Source of the DNA: Hemiscyllium ocellatum | Lineage: Eukaryota | Assembly (NCBI RefSeq): GCF_020745735.1 | Contig: NW_026867487.1 | Coordinates: 4,853,239-4,917,238, forward strand | Direction: 5' to 3' | Length of the DNA: 64,000 nt | In this document: piece after piece, positions 10,842 to 24,339 of the stretch | How the letters are laid out: each line of letters starts with the position of its first letter | How positions within the stretch are numbered: the first letter of the stretch is position 1 | Program-made: the position numbers and the translations under genes | Notes under the pieces: model-generated | Databases searched by the model: none | Told to the model about the DNA's origin: nothing | What the model saw: only the letters and a program-made list of their open reading frames with translations

Positions 10842-12299
10842 AAATGAGCAGATATTTGGGAAGGTATCACATTTTTTGGGGGGGCTTTTTTTTGAAAATA
10901 TTTTCAAGAGATATCTTCTGATTTTCAGAATGTAGTAGAGCTAGAGGTCATTATCTGAACATATCAACTTTTGAAAGAACTTTCCATTTCAGACAGAGAT
11001 GAGAGAAATATTTCTTTCAGAGGGTTGTCAGTGTTTGGAATTACCTTCTGCAAAAGGCAGAACCCACTATTTGGTGTAAAACTTTCGTTGATTCTCAATG
11101 TCCACACAGTAAGTAAGGGATGGACATTGATAAAGAACCTTTCATGGCTGATAATATCTCGAATTGTGTTTCAGGTAGTGGAGCATTTCTGAAGTGCAGC
11201 CGGTTTTGTTTAGGAAATCAGGAATCTGAGTTCAGTATCAGAGATAAAGATACAAATGCAGAATTGCAGTGAGACCTCATACAACATTAGAAATTGAAAT
11301 GTTTAGATTTCCAAATGCAGCTGGATAATTGGAATGCCTGTATCACCAAAAGACCTGCTGTTCCTGGAAATGTCCCAGATCTTAAAGAATTTATCAAAGT
11401 TCACATTATCTCCTGATTTACCTGTCCTTGGGGCTCAATTCAACATAAAGCATTGAGCAGGTTTCTGTATTTAATGGGAATCAATATTTATTGAAAATTA
11501 ATAGTTTCCAGATACAGGTAAAAATTATGAACTGACGATATGCAACTTTATCATTTAAATCCCTCACTACCATGAACCATTGCCACCCCGTTATGCTTGG
11601 ATATGGACATGCCAGGCACGCAAAACAACACATTGGTATTAGGGCTGGCAGAGAAATGATTCCTTGGCAGGACAGAACTTAAACGTTGTGAGAAGGAGCT
11701 TTTTTTAGCCTTGTACTCACGATGGCTCCAAAGACACGGATTTGAATGAAGAACAGAATGTTATTGGATTGACTATCTTTAGGGTGGAAACGTAGCAAGA
11801 ACAGTTACTTGCCAATCTTAATTTTCTTACTAAGAAAATTAATATACCGATGTTGATCATTGTGTGATGGGACCAGAGTGAGAAAAAGGATGCATACAGT
11901 TCTAAATACCTTGTTCATAGCTTTGCTTCCTTGTTGTGCCATGGGCATTTACGCAAATATGAGTTGTTTTTTCATACTTGAGAGTGCTTTTGTTTATATA
12001 AGTTCCATTCATCAATGACTTAGGATATGGTTACCTTTATAAGAGTCACGATTTGGCTCTAATTCATTCTGTCCTGCTTTTACTTCACTAAAATCCATCA
12101 GTTTTTATAAAGTTAGATTCTGCTTTGTGGTTACCTCTTTCCACATATTGGATAAGGGATTAGAGCTTGCAGATTCGTCCGATGATGGAGCAGAAACGAG
12201 GAGTGAAATCAAGGAAGCAAGATGAGTCAAACAACTGTGTTTTCATTTTTCATGATAGATCGTTTCGATTGATAACAAGGACAAACCAATCAACTCTCC

Positions 12300-12860
12300 A
12301 GTAAAATTGCTCACACTCTGCTTTCTTCAAGGATTGCATTCCATTCTCCCAGTTTCTCAATTACCATCGTGCATATTCGGATGTTCCCCCTTCCATTGGG
12401 GTGCCTCCGGCATTGCCTCTTTGGATTACTTACCTCCCCGCTGTGATTCGTATACCTTAAGCCCCTGACCCATTTTCCACAGATCTAATATCACCCAGAA
12501 ATACAGTTCTTCTTATTTTCACTTACCAATTCACCAGTTTCCACGTTTAAACTATTACTGTCCACCATTTCCAACGTTTGCAATATAAAACTGCCACCAC
12601 CAACGTTACTTAATAATTGTTACGTCCATGGCACTCTCATCCAGGCCTATCTCACTCCTATGGTTTCTCACGCTCCAATTGCACATTCCAGGTGATTGAA
12701 GAAAGTATCATGTTTGCCTTTTCACCTCCTGTTTCCTTTTTGTTCACAGCCTCAAGCACACATCCCAGGTGAAGCAACGTTTTACTTGTACTTCTTTCAA
12801 TCAATCTACTGTTTGCAACGTTGTATGCTCAGAATGACGTCTCTTTTCCATTGTTGAGAT
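12300..12860 (+). mobile_element. Highly decayed Penelope-like fragment
   Basis: AAGGATTGCATTCCATTCTCCCAGTTTCTC resembles the KDSIPFSQFLR motif of the Penelope RT thumb region. Confidence 0.45.
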
Positions 12861-12877
12861 TTCTTTTGGTTATACCT

Positions 12878-13641
12878 TGTGTGAACGCCAGAAATTGGAA
12901 GTCTGTGGGGAGACTTGACTAGGGCTTAAGAGCATCATCGAGCTTCTCCTTGCGTGGTTGCACGCTGTATGACTGAGACCGTATTTGACAGCATGAGAGA
13001 AACGGTCATGGTGGTTTACTGACTTTAAGACATGACTGGATTTACCTCATTGGAATACCCAAGCTTACCAGAGTTGCAAATTGAGGCCAATTGAACAGAA
13101 TAAACTACAGACAGAAGAGGAAACAATTGCAAGAGTAAATCATGTATCATGACCAATAACAGAGGAGAAAATCATGTGATAACAAAAGAGAGGACGGTGA
13201 GTGCTATGTCTGCGACCATCGTTTCAGTAAGTTGTACTTGATTCAAGCCAATTTCCAGAAAATGGAACAAAAGGACTGGTGTTTCAATGAATGGAGAGTG
13301 ATAACTGTACACCAACGTTCGTGATGGCCGGGTTCTTGGAGATATCAATCAAGTAGGAATCCTGACACCGAAATGATCTGATCAGCTGCTCCACTGCGGG
13401 TTAAATCAGTCTTTTGGTGCTTGAGTGAGAGATTAGTTGGAGCGCAGTAGTGATTCTTCTTTCTACCATTAATGCTTAATGCTTAATATTGCATAGTGTA
13501 ATAAAGGTCGTTGCGTGCTTTTGTATTCTTGCATTGTTCGTACATTGACTGATCTGAAATAAAGCTGCAATTTAGACTGAATTCAGCCCATGTGTATGGC
13601 TAGTTTATCTGGTCACGCTCACTTTCCATGGCAACACGACA
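12878..13641 (+). mobile_element. Possible solo LTR
   Basis: TGTG..ACGACA ends and AATAAA near 13558, non-coding; no clear TSD. Confidence 0.4.
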
Positions 13642-14191
13642 AAAGTGCATCAGTCAGTTTATAGAACAGGATACCACTGTCCGTCTTCTAAAACAGAACT
13701 GTTCTGTTCGAAATCTGCAGTTTATCAAAGGTTGAAGAAGTCTAAGCTCTCCGTTTTCGATGTAATCAGTAACTGAGAGAAAGTGAGGACTGCAGGTGCT
13801 GCAGATCAGAGTCGAAAAGTGTGGCGCTGGAAAAGCACAGCAGGTTAGACAGCATCCAAGGAGCGGGAGAGTCAATGTTTCTGGTGTCATGTATGTATTC
13901 TGTATAGGAACTGGAAATGGTCTGTCACTTAAGTGTTTGAAAAACGAACTGAGATCGGAGTGATATCACAGAAGCATTTTGGTACAAACAAAAGTCAATG
14001 GTTACAGCGGATCTCCAACGGCTCATTAAATGAACATCACTACCTTGGGCTAAACTCCTGCTTCCTTCCATGAGCGTACACCTTACTTTATTGCAAATAA
14101 TCATTCACTACTTTTTTCAATGTTTCAATTAAACCTACTTTCAAGATAATTCCATGATGTGGAGGCGCCAATATTGGACTGAAGTAAACAA

Positions 14192-14851
14192 AGTTAAAAA
14201 TCACATGACACCACGTTATAGTCCAACAGGTTTATTTGGAAGTATGAGCTGTCGGAACGATGCTCCTTCATCAGGTAGCCAGTGGGGCAGGATCATAGGA
14301 CACAGGATTTATAGCAAAAGATCATAGTGTCATACAATGATGCGTTATATAAGTCTATGAGTTCAATTTGAATTTGCAGAATTGTATTTGCAGCTGCATT
14401 CTTTTTCCTTCTAAAACACACAATCAGTCGGCAAACAATATGTTTTTTCATAGTTCATGTGACATTTCATGCATTCCTACTTAGGAAGCAAAACCAGACT
14501 GGGAAACAAATAGACTCAAGACTCATACCTTTAATGTATTGTCTGAACTGAGATGTCATCTATTTTTATATAAAACCTGAAGCTATCTCGAGAATCTGAC
14601 TTGAAAGAAATTTTGGGATTTACTTATTAATGCATCGAAACCTGCAACCCATACTAAAAGATGAAAGATTTAACAACAATCTAGATTTGTTCAATATATC
14701 GCATCAGTGTCTGACATTATGATTTTTGCTATAAATTCTGTGTCCTTTGATCTTACTCCTGTAGCTACCTGACGAACGAGCAGCGCTCTGAAAGCTAGTA
14801 CTTCCAAATAAACCTGTTGGACTATAACCTGATGTCATGTGATTTTTAACT
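14192..14851 (+). mobile_element. 5'-truncated Penelope-like element (family 2) with about 150-bp inverted terminal arms
   Basis: 14192-14345 is the reverse complement of 14700-14851; the centre matches the 3' UTR of the GIY-YIG-bearing copy at 31700-32722. Confidence 0.8.
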
Positions 14852-14959
14852 AAGATAATTCCAAGCAATGCATTCGATATCCGAACTAATCGTGGTGTGA
14901 AAACGTGTAATCTCACGACAAAATGTGCTTCTCTGTTAAGTCATTAAATCTATGTTTGT

Positions 14960-17900
14960 TTCATGAGAGTTGAGTCTCTGTAACATTGGGAAGCAGATTG
15001 AAACTTTGTTTTGAATTTTGAGCAGTTAATAAATTTATCATTTCGGCCATAGATTTCAACTGCCAAGAAATGAAGTTAAAATTGCATGAAAGGCTGGTTT
15101 GGTCTAAACTTGTTGAATGCATCCAGTTCTGGAAATCACAGTGTATGGGGTTTGGATATTGACTGGATAGCATATTTGTGATACAGGATGATGCCAACAT
15201 CATGGGTTCATTTCCTGTAATGGTTTTTCCGTTGACGGTGTGGGCAATTCCCCAATTACCTTCGTTTTTGCATCCCAAGGGGGCATTTGTCCATGTCCAA
15301 TAACATGGTCCAAGAAGGTTACTTTGGCTTTGGCAAATTCACTTTTAGCTAGGTTTACTACCAAGCCTGCCTTCCAAAGTCGATGAAACATGTCCAATAA
15401 ATGCTGTAAATGTTCCTTCCATGAGTGACTAAAAGTCACCAGGTCATCAATATACACCACATATTTGGATAATCTGGCAATGACCTCATTAGTCAATCAC
15501 TCAAATGTGGATGGAGCGTTTTTCATACTAAATGGCCTGACTTTGAACTGATATAGTCACTTGGCGTGACAAAAGCTGAATTTGCCTTTGCACTCTCTGA
15601 CACAGGTACTTGCTAGTAGCCTCTGAGCAAATCCAACTTATAAATGTAAGTTGCTTGTCACACTTTTTCGACACGGTCATCCAACCATGGAATCGGATAT
15701 GCATCCGTCTTTGTAATGGTGTTAACTTTGCAAATGTCCACACATAACTATTGGGTACCATTTGGCTTTTGGCACCATGACTATGAGTGAGCTCCAGTCA
15801 CTGTAACTCACTTCGATTATGCCAACTTGGAGCATGCGCTCGATCTCCTTCTGAACCTGTTCCATCTTTAGAAGGTTATGTCTATAAGGATGTTGCTTAA
15901 TCAGAACAGCATTTCCGATATCTACATGATGCACAATTAGGTTAGTACTTCTTATTTTATTTCCATTTATCTCCCCATGTGATAGTAATAACTCTTTCAG
16001 GTCATTTCGAATTTCTTGTGGAAGGTAACTCAATAATTTATCCCAGGTTTTGACAGCTTCCTCGTTGTCCAATTTGATTTGAGGAATGTCCAATTCAGAA
16101 TCCTCTGAACTAGGTTCTTCCTTCTATGCTGTAGTCATGAACACCTTCTCCTCTTGCTTTCCGTCCCTATCAAAATACCTTCTGCCCATATTCACATGAC
16201 ACATTCTATGAGATTTCTTCCTGTCTGGAGTCCTTATCAATTGTTCACCTCATTCAATTTCTTCTCAATTTGATGTGGTCCACTAAGCTTTGCTTTTAAA
16301 GGCTCACCTCTTCCTGGATGTAACATCAATACCTTATCCCCAATTGCAAAATGGCGAATTTGTGACTCCTTATCCATTTCCTGTTTCATTGGAAGCTGCG
16401 ATACTTTTAAATGCTGTTTTGCCAACACACTAGTTCTATTTAATCATTCTGTAAAATGAGTCCAAATAAGCGTACTCTGAATTCTGACTTATTAATTTCT
16501 CCTTTATCAGTTTTAACGGTCCTCTTAATTCATGCCAAAAATTAATTCAAATGGGCTGAATTTGGTCAATTCATTCAGTGCAGCTCTGATTGCAAAAATT
16601 ACAAATGGAACTCCCTTATCTCAATCACCTGGACAATCCTGACCATAAAGACTCAACGTGGTCTTTAGTTTTTGATACCATCTCTGTAGCGCTCCTTGCA
16701 ATTCTGGATGGTACTCAGTAGATTTGAATACTTTCATTCCCAAGTTATCTATAACCTCCTTGAATAGCCTGGATGAGATCGTTGATCTGACTGGATCTCT
16801 ATTGGCAGTCCGTATCTAGTAGTAAAAAAGAAGTAATTCTTCTACAACCCTTTTTGCTGTGATGTTGCATAATGGGATTGTCTCTGGAAATCAAGTTGAC
16901 ACATCTATTATTGTTAATAAATACTTATTCCCACTTTTTGTTTAAGGTAGGGGACCTACACAATTAAGCAAGACTCTTCTGAAAGATTCCTCAAATGCGG
17001 GAATAGGTATTAAAGGTTCTGGTTTTATTACTATCTGTGGTTTTCCAATTAGCTGACATGTATGATACATCCGGCAAAATTCAACTGCAGCAGTGTGTAG
17101 TCCAGGCCAGGAAAAATATATTTGTATTTTAACCTGTGTTTTCTTCACCCCAAAATGAACTCCAAGTGGTAGCTCATGCGCCAATGGCAGCACCTTCTTT
17201 CTATACCCTACTGCCAAAACAATTTGATGCATCTCTGCCCGTTCCTCATCTGCTTGAAAGTGTGCTGGCCTCCATTTCCTCATTAAGACATCATTTGTTA
17301 AGTAATAAAACACAGGAACGCATTCACTTTCTTTCTCAGTAAATGCCTTCTGATATCACTGTTGCAATTCTTCGTGTTTCTGCTGTAATTCAATCAGCTT
17401 AACAGAGCTAAAGATACTGGCATTTTGCCTACTCTCTGTCTCTCTGCTCCACTTATCTGATCTAAGTACATTTAGGATAGCACTGTGTCAGCTTCCTTAT
17501 GTGTTTTTTTTTTAATTTCTCCTGCTTCTGTGTGTGCCTCTGTGATCTTGTGATCACACAATCAGGGAAAATTCTGGGATAAACATTTTTTAAGTCTTCA
17601 GTTGCCTGTATCTCCACTGCTTGTCAACTAGAGTAAGCAGCATGCCTACCAAGAATCAGCAAAATAATTTGCACAGACAATTTGTATTCCTGGAGCTGAG
17701 AGTTTGTCCAATATTCTGGATTAGTGATGCTGGAAGAGCACAGCCGTTTAGGCACATCCAAAGTGCAGCGAAATCGACTTGCTTTTGCCTGAAACTGCCA
17801 ATTTCGCTGCTCTTTGGATGCTGCCTGAACTGCTGTGCTCTTCCAGCACCACTGATCTAGAATTTGGTTTCCAGGATCTGCAGTCATTGTTTTTAACCAG

Positions 17901-19740
17901 TTTTTTTCAATACTGCTACCACAAATTCTCCACTCTTCTCACTTTCTAGCCTTCTTTTACATAATTGAGCATGTTTTCTCATCATGAATTCCCGTTACTA
18001 GCACCTTTTCTGGCATTAGTCTCTCGGGAGTGCATACCACCTCGTCCTTCAGCATTACAGACTGAGAGGATCCTGTGCCCTTTAATATTGGAAACTTATT
18101 ACCTACTATTCCTGACCTATGAGACTAAACTTTGCCTATGCATGTATAGTTTTTAAGCAGATTTGGCACTTGCTCCTTTCGCAACCTCTGATCATCTTGT
18201 ACACTCTGAGGCAGTTGTCTAATTTCTCTTGTGCTTTTTCTTACTTGTCCAACAAAACTTCCAGGCTTGTCTGGTTTTCTTACATTTGGCTTTCTCCGAG
18301 TCCCCCAACACTCTGATTTTGTGTGGCCCACTTTATTAGAATGAAAACACCAAAGCTTTTTAACGTCTTTGTCCCCCTCAAGGATTTCTAAGGGCATCAT
18401 AGGTTGCTCAATTTTTAAAGCTTTTATCCATTAATTGAAGTTACTCCGTTTGATCCTTTCAAACTCAGGATAGGTTTGACCTGGGTCCCTCCTTAGATTC
18501 CTGTAACGTTGTTTATGGGCTTATGGTACAAGCTCATATGCACTTAAAATGGCCTTTTTCACCTCCTCATACTCCCCAGATACCTCCTCTGATAGTGATG
18601 CGAATAACTCACTAGCCCTACCTAGAAATTTCGTTTGGATCAACAAAACGTACATTGCCACTGGCCACTATATTTGTTTGGCCACCTTTTCAAATTAGAT
18701 GAAAAAGGCTTCCATATCTTTTTCATCAAATGAAGGCAATGCTTAAAAATACTTAAAACAGTTTCTCACCAGGGCTCTGACTACCAGGGGCTTGCTTATC
18801 CTCACTCTCTTCCTCATTAAGTCTACCGCCAGCCTTCATCTCCAGTCTTTTGAGCTGAATTTCCTTTTTAAGTGTCAGTTTTTGAAGTACAAAACCGCTA
18901 TTTCCTTTCTCTGCTCTCTCTTTTCCTCTCTATTCTGTTGTTCTCTCTTTTCCCCTCTCTTCTGCTTCTAATTGTAACTCAAACTGTTCCAATTCTGTTG
19001 TCCATTCCTTATCTCTTGCCTCTAACTCAAGCTGCTTCATTTGCAATTGAATTGTTGCCATCTCTATAGGTTCTGATGGTTTCTTCAGCAGGTTTCAATG
19101 CTGAGCTACTGCTGTAATTATCGCTCCTCTCCTCACAGAAGCAGGCAGTTCCAATTCCAGCTTCTCTGCCAATTCTTGCAACTTGGTCTTATTCAGTTTT
19201 TGCAAAACTTCCAAAGTCATCGCATCCGCATCCAGAAACTTTTTAGCCACTGAAAGAGCCATTACTATCCCAAGCTTTGTCTAAGCAACCAAACCAACAT
19301 CCAAAATAAAGATACTAGCACCTACCACTCACTGTTTAAAATCCTGCAAAGAGCCACTAATCAGTTATGGACTAGGTCAGACCACTCAAAACATTCTTAA
19401 GCAAGAAGCCCCAGTCCATAACTTTACAATTTGATTCTGTAAGTGTACAGTGAAAATTACCCGGAGTAAGATAGCTCGGTTGACGACTAGGTTTTAAAAC
19501 AGACAAAAATTTATTCACAAAATTACACAATGAAACACAAAAACAGAATAAAGAACTCCTACAGAACTCAACCTATCCAGCTATGCTGTTGCAAATAGAC
19601 ACAACAGTCCTAATAAGCAAATTCCCTTTAAAATCCAGTATAAATTTAACACATGCTTACAGGTTGAAGTTGAAGGGCAGAGAGATAGAGAAAGAGAGAG
19701 GGAGAAAGAGAGTTTGCACACAGCTCCCTGTTGAACATCT
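14960..19740 (-). mobile_element. Decayed Gmr1-like Ty3/gypsy LTR retrotransposon (5' LTR-PBS-gag-PR-IN-RT)
   Basis: LTR end ..GTCCATAAC near 19363; tRNA-Pro-like PBS 19359-19340; gag from ATG 19262 (FEKVAKQ*WP..AYELVP, zinc knuckle CFHSNKVGHTKSEC); protease ILKGTGSSQS near 18070; integrase 17313-16237 (H2C2, YHPELQGALQRW, KLSGPH); RT 16093-15200 (IKQHPYR, YIDD). Many stops and frameshifts. Confidence 0.9.
17714..17900. mobile_element. Fold-back Penelope pseudo-LTR inserted in the Gmr1-like element
   Basis: Antisense arm about 17714-17790 and sense arm about 17800-17900, meeting at GCTTTTGCCTGAAAC. Confidence 0.7.
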
Positions 19741-20039
19741 CGCCAGGTCAGGCAGAAGTTAAAATGAGATAGGAGGCTCGAATGCAAAATTGTTGAACAT
19801 AACAACTCCATTGTATAGATGCTGGTCACCAAGCAGCTATTTACTGTAGTCCCATTTTTTTTTGGCACTCAGCAAGTAACCGATGTATCCTACATTGCAG
19901 TGCCTTGCATGATCATGTAAATATCTGTTCAAGGTTGTAATCATTCCTGCATCTGTCACCATTTCAGCTGCTGCCATACCTGCTGAGTATCTCCAGTGTT
20001 TTCGATTTTTATTTCAGGTTTCCACCATTTTGCTTCTGA

Positions 20040-21140
20040 ATTGAAAGGATGTTGTGAAACTTGCAGGGGTTCAGTCAAGATTAATAAGGATGTTACCAGG
20101 GTTGCAGGGTTTGGGTGAAAGGGAAAGGCTGAATAGGTTGGGGTTGTTTTCCCTGGACTGTCGGAGGCTGAGTGGTGACTTTATAGAGGTTTATAAAATT
20201 GTGACGGTAAATAGACCAGTCTTTTCCCTAGGTCAGGGAAGTCCAGAACTAGAGGTCATTGGTTTAGTGTGAGAAGAGAAAGATTTAAAAGGGATCCAAG
20301 GGGCATTTTTTTTTACATAAAGGGTGATACATGTATGGAATGAGCTGACAGAGGAAGTGTGGAGGCAGGTACAAGTAAAATATTTGACAAGCATCTGGAT
20401 GGGTACATGAATAGGTAGGATTTAGAGGGATATGGACCAAGTGCTGGCAAATGGGACGAGATTAATTAAGGATATCTGATTGGCATGGACAGGTTGGACC
20501 AAATGTTCTGTTTCTGTCCTGTACTTTAAGAGCTGTGAGGTTTTGCTGCAGCTCCACAAGTCCCTGGTGAGACCACACTTGGAATATTGTGCCCCATTCT
20601 GGTCGCCCTGTTATAGGAAAGACAGAGAGGCTTTGGAAATGGTGCAAAGAAGGTTTACCAGGATGCTGCCTGGACTGGAGGGCTTGCCTTATGAAGAAAG
20701 GTTGAATAAGCTTGGACTTTTCTCTCTGGAGAAAAGGAGGAAGAGAGGAGACCTGATTGAGGTGTACAAAATAATGAGAGGAATAGATAGAGTCAATAGC
20801 CAGAGACTTTTCCCAAGGGCAGGATTTGACTGGTACAAGAAGTCATAGTTTGAAGATATTAGGAAGAAGGTATATAGGAGACGTCAGAGGTAGGTTCTTT
20901 ACGCAGAGAGTTGAGAATTCGTCGAATGCATTGCCAGCTGTGGTGGTGGAAGCAGAGTCATTGGGAACATTTAAGCAACTGTTGAACATGCACATGGATA
21001 GCAGTGAGCTGAGGGGTACATAGGTTGTTACTATATTTTACATTAGGATTAAATCTTGGCACAACTTCGTGGGCCAAAGGGCCTGTTCTGTGCTGTACTT
21101 TTCTATGTTCTATCTTCTACATCTCTATGACTCTATGACT
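20040..21140 (+). mobile_element. Two CR1 LINE 3' fragments
   Basis: RPHLEYC..WSP..LEMVQRRFTRMLPGL..LFSLEKRR.RGDLIEVYKIM motifs and (CTATGA)n tail near 21125. Confidence 0.9.
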
Positions 21141-21439
21141 TGTTCTTGTTCTTTTCGAGGAATCAAAAGGTGTGCAGAGAAAACAGGAACAGGGTTGATT
21201 TGCAGATCAATAAAATGACCCTCCCCACCCCCACCCCACTGGCTATCCCAATTCTATACCTTTCTGTATTTTTGTACAGACTCCGGTTGGTTCCCTTCCC
21301 TGAAAGAGATTTATGAACCAATTCGGTTTTAATGATTATAATCAAGCAATTTCCCTCAGTATCAACTCAACAAATTGCCAGATGAATTTCTCTCAGTTTC
21401 ATAACCTGTGGGTGTTCTTCTTTTTTTTACCAATTTAGT

Positions 21440-22350
<911 letters not shown>

Positions 22351-23237
22351 TTTAAAAGATTTTGCTCTTCCACAAAGAATGGACTATATCTTCGAGTCAT
22401 TTGTATTGATGTTATTAATCCTTGCCCAGTTAAAGGTACTGAGATTGTAGACCAAATGTTCATAATAATTCTGGAACAAAGGCTAGGTTTTGTAAATGAT
22501 TACATTGTTGCTCTATGCCAACACATTCACACTGAGTAAACACTATCCCTCGAGTGTATGAAAAGAGATGTCCTGGTTCATCAGTCGGGATAAACACCAA
22601 TGAGTTCATAAGTATCTGTTGGAATTGTTTTTTTTATTTGCTATTGTTATCTGTATCCAAACCAAGTTTTATGTGCCTCTTACTGCTGTTATATGTGAAA
22701 CACAACATGCCTGGTTACCTATTTGGGAGAAAAAAATTACATACATCATCTTTCTTGTTAAAACTATTGTGCATGAATTCTTTATCATATCTGTAAAGCA
22801 GACTCATTTATTTTTTAAGGGCTCTCCATCTTCGTTATGTCCTCGAACCTCACCTCCAACAAATGTGGGGAACTTGTGGAGTGTATTTGTCATTCAAAGG
22901 GAGACAATCAAAAAGTTTCATGTGAGTAGTTGGGAGAAGGCACATCCAGAGTAAGGGACAGTCTGTAATGCTGGAAATTTAGTGCACCATTGGAATTCTG
23001 TACAAGGGGAAGAAGTTAATTTTCTTTTTCATATGAACACCAGAAGAAACGCAGATGCTAGAAATCAGCAAGAAAAACAGAAATTACTGGAATATCTTTG
23101 CAGGTCTGGCATCATCTATGGAGAGAAATCAGAGTTAACTTTTCAGCTCCAATGACCCTTCCTCTGAGGAACTTGTCGTTTTTTTTCCAGCAATTTCTGT
23201 TTCTGCTTCCATGACCAATGTGGTCTCCCTCGGAACA

Positions 23238-23570
23238 GTGATATAGACACAGTGAGGTCAGTCTGCTCTCAACGGGGTCAGTGATACAGACTCAGTAGGG
23301 TCAGTCTGCTCTCCCCAGGATCAGTGGTACAAACACAGGGAAGTCAGTCTTCTCTCCCCGGGGTCAGGTATACAGATTCATTGGGGTCAGTGATAGACTC
23401 AGTACGGTCAGTCTGCTCTCCCCAGGGTCAGTGATACAAACACAGGGAGGTCAGACTTCTCTCCCCGAGGTCAGGGATACAGACTCATTGGGATCAGTCT
23501 GCTGTCTCTGGGGTCAGTGACAACATACAGTTTGGTCAGTCTGTTCTTTCTGGGATCAGTGATACAGATT
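23238..23570 (+). repeat. Minisatellite, about 40-bp unit (GGGTCAGTGATACAGAC..GGTCAGTCTGCTCTCCCC)
   Basis: About 8 imperfect tandem units; a single related unit at about 24280-24315. Confidence 0.85.
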
Positions 23571-23573
23571 TAA

Positions 23574-23709
23574 AAATCACACAACACCAGGTTCTAGTTC
23601 ACCAAGTTTATTTGGAAATACTCACTTTCAGAGTGCTGCTCCTTCATCAGATAGCATGCACACATACAAATACAAACTCTCATACTCACACTCTCTCCCA
23701 CACATACTA

Positions 23710-23740
<31 letters not shown>

Positions 23741-24262
23741 CTCTCTCTGTGGGATGAATTTGCATTTGCAGAATTGTAATTGCATATGCATTTTATTTTG
23801 TTTAAAATGCACACAATCTGCAGGCAGTCAATCCATGTAACATCTTATAAATTCCTACTTTGGAAGGAGAACTAGTCTGGCTCAAGTTTGGGATACAGAC
23901 AGACTTTAACCTCACACCTTTTAATGCATTGGCTGAGCTGAAGTGTAGCTTTTTTAAATAAAACCTCGGAAATATGACTGCAAAGAACTTCTGGGATTTA
24001 CATACTAATGATCCAAATCCTACAACCTATTCTAAAACATGAAAGATTTGACAGCAATCTAGACTTGTTAAATATATTATTTCGGCTACATGACACTGTG
24101 ATTTTTTTGCTGTAAATTTTGCGTCTTATGATCCTGCTCCACTGTTACCTGATGAAGGTGAAGCGCTCCGAAAGCTAATGCTTCCAAAAATTCTGTTGGA
24201 TTATACCCTGGTATTTTCTGATTTTTCATTTGCCCACCCTAGTCCAACTTCAGCACATCCAT
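23574..24262 (+). mobile_element. 5'-truncated Penelope-like element (family 2) with inverted 5' arm
   Basis: Antisense terminus 23574-23655, (CA)n tract, 3' UTR homologous to 14350-14851 and 32210-32722. Confidence 0.8.
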
Positions 24263-24339
24263 ATTAGTGAAACACAGGGGGTTCAGTTTGCACTCCCCGG
24301 TGTCAGTGATACAGAAACAGAGCGAGAGGCAGCTCCTCA

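Noticed and set aside
11890-12017. Short hydrophobic ORF MHTVLNTLFIALLPCCAMG as a leader
   Set aside because: No good donor and no V exon or RSS nearby.
19790-20035. Segment similar to 62095-62340, as evidence of a duplicated ZNF unit
   Set aside because: More simply an unclassified dispersed repeat; the neighbouring CpG island is not duplicated.
23238-23570. Regular repeats as a CRISPR-like array
   Set aside because: Vertebrate context; the intervening sequences are themselves repeated, not unique spacers.
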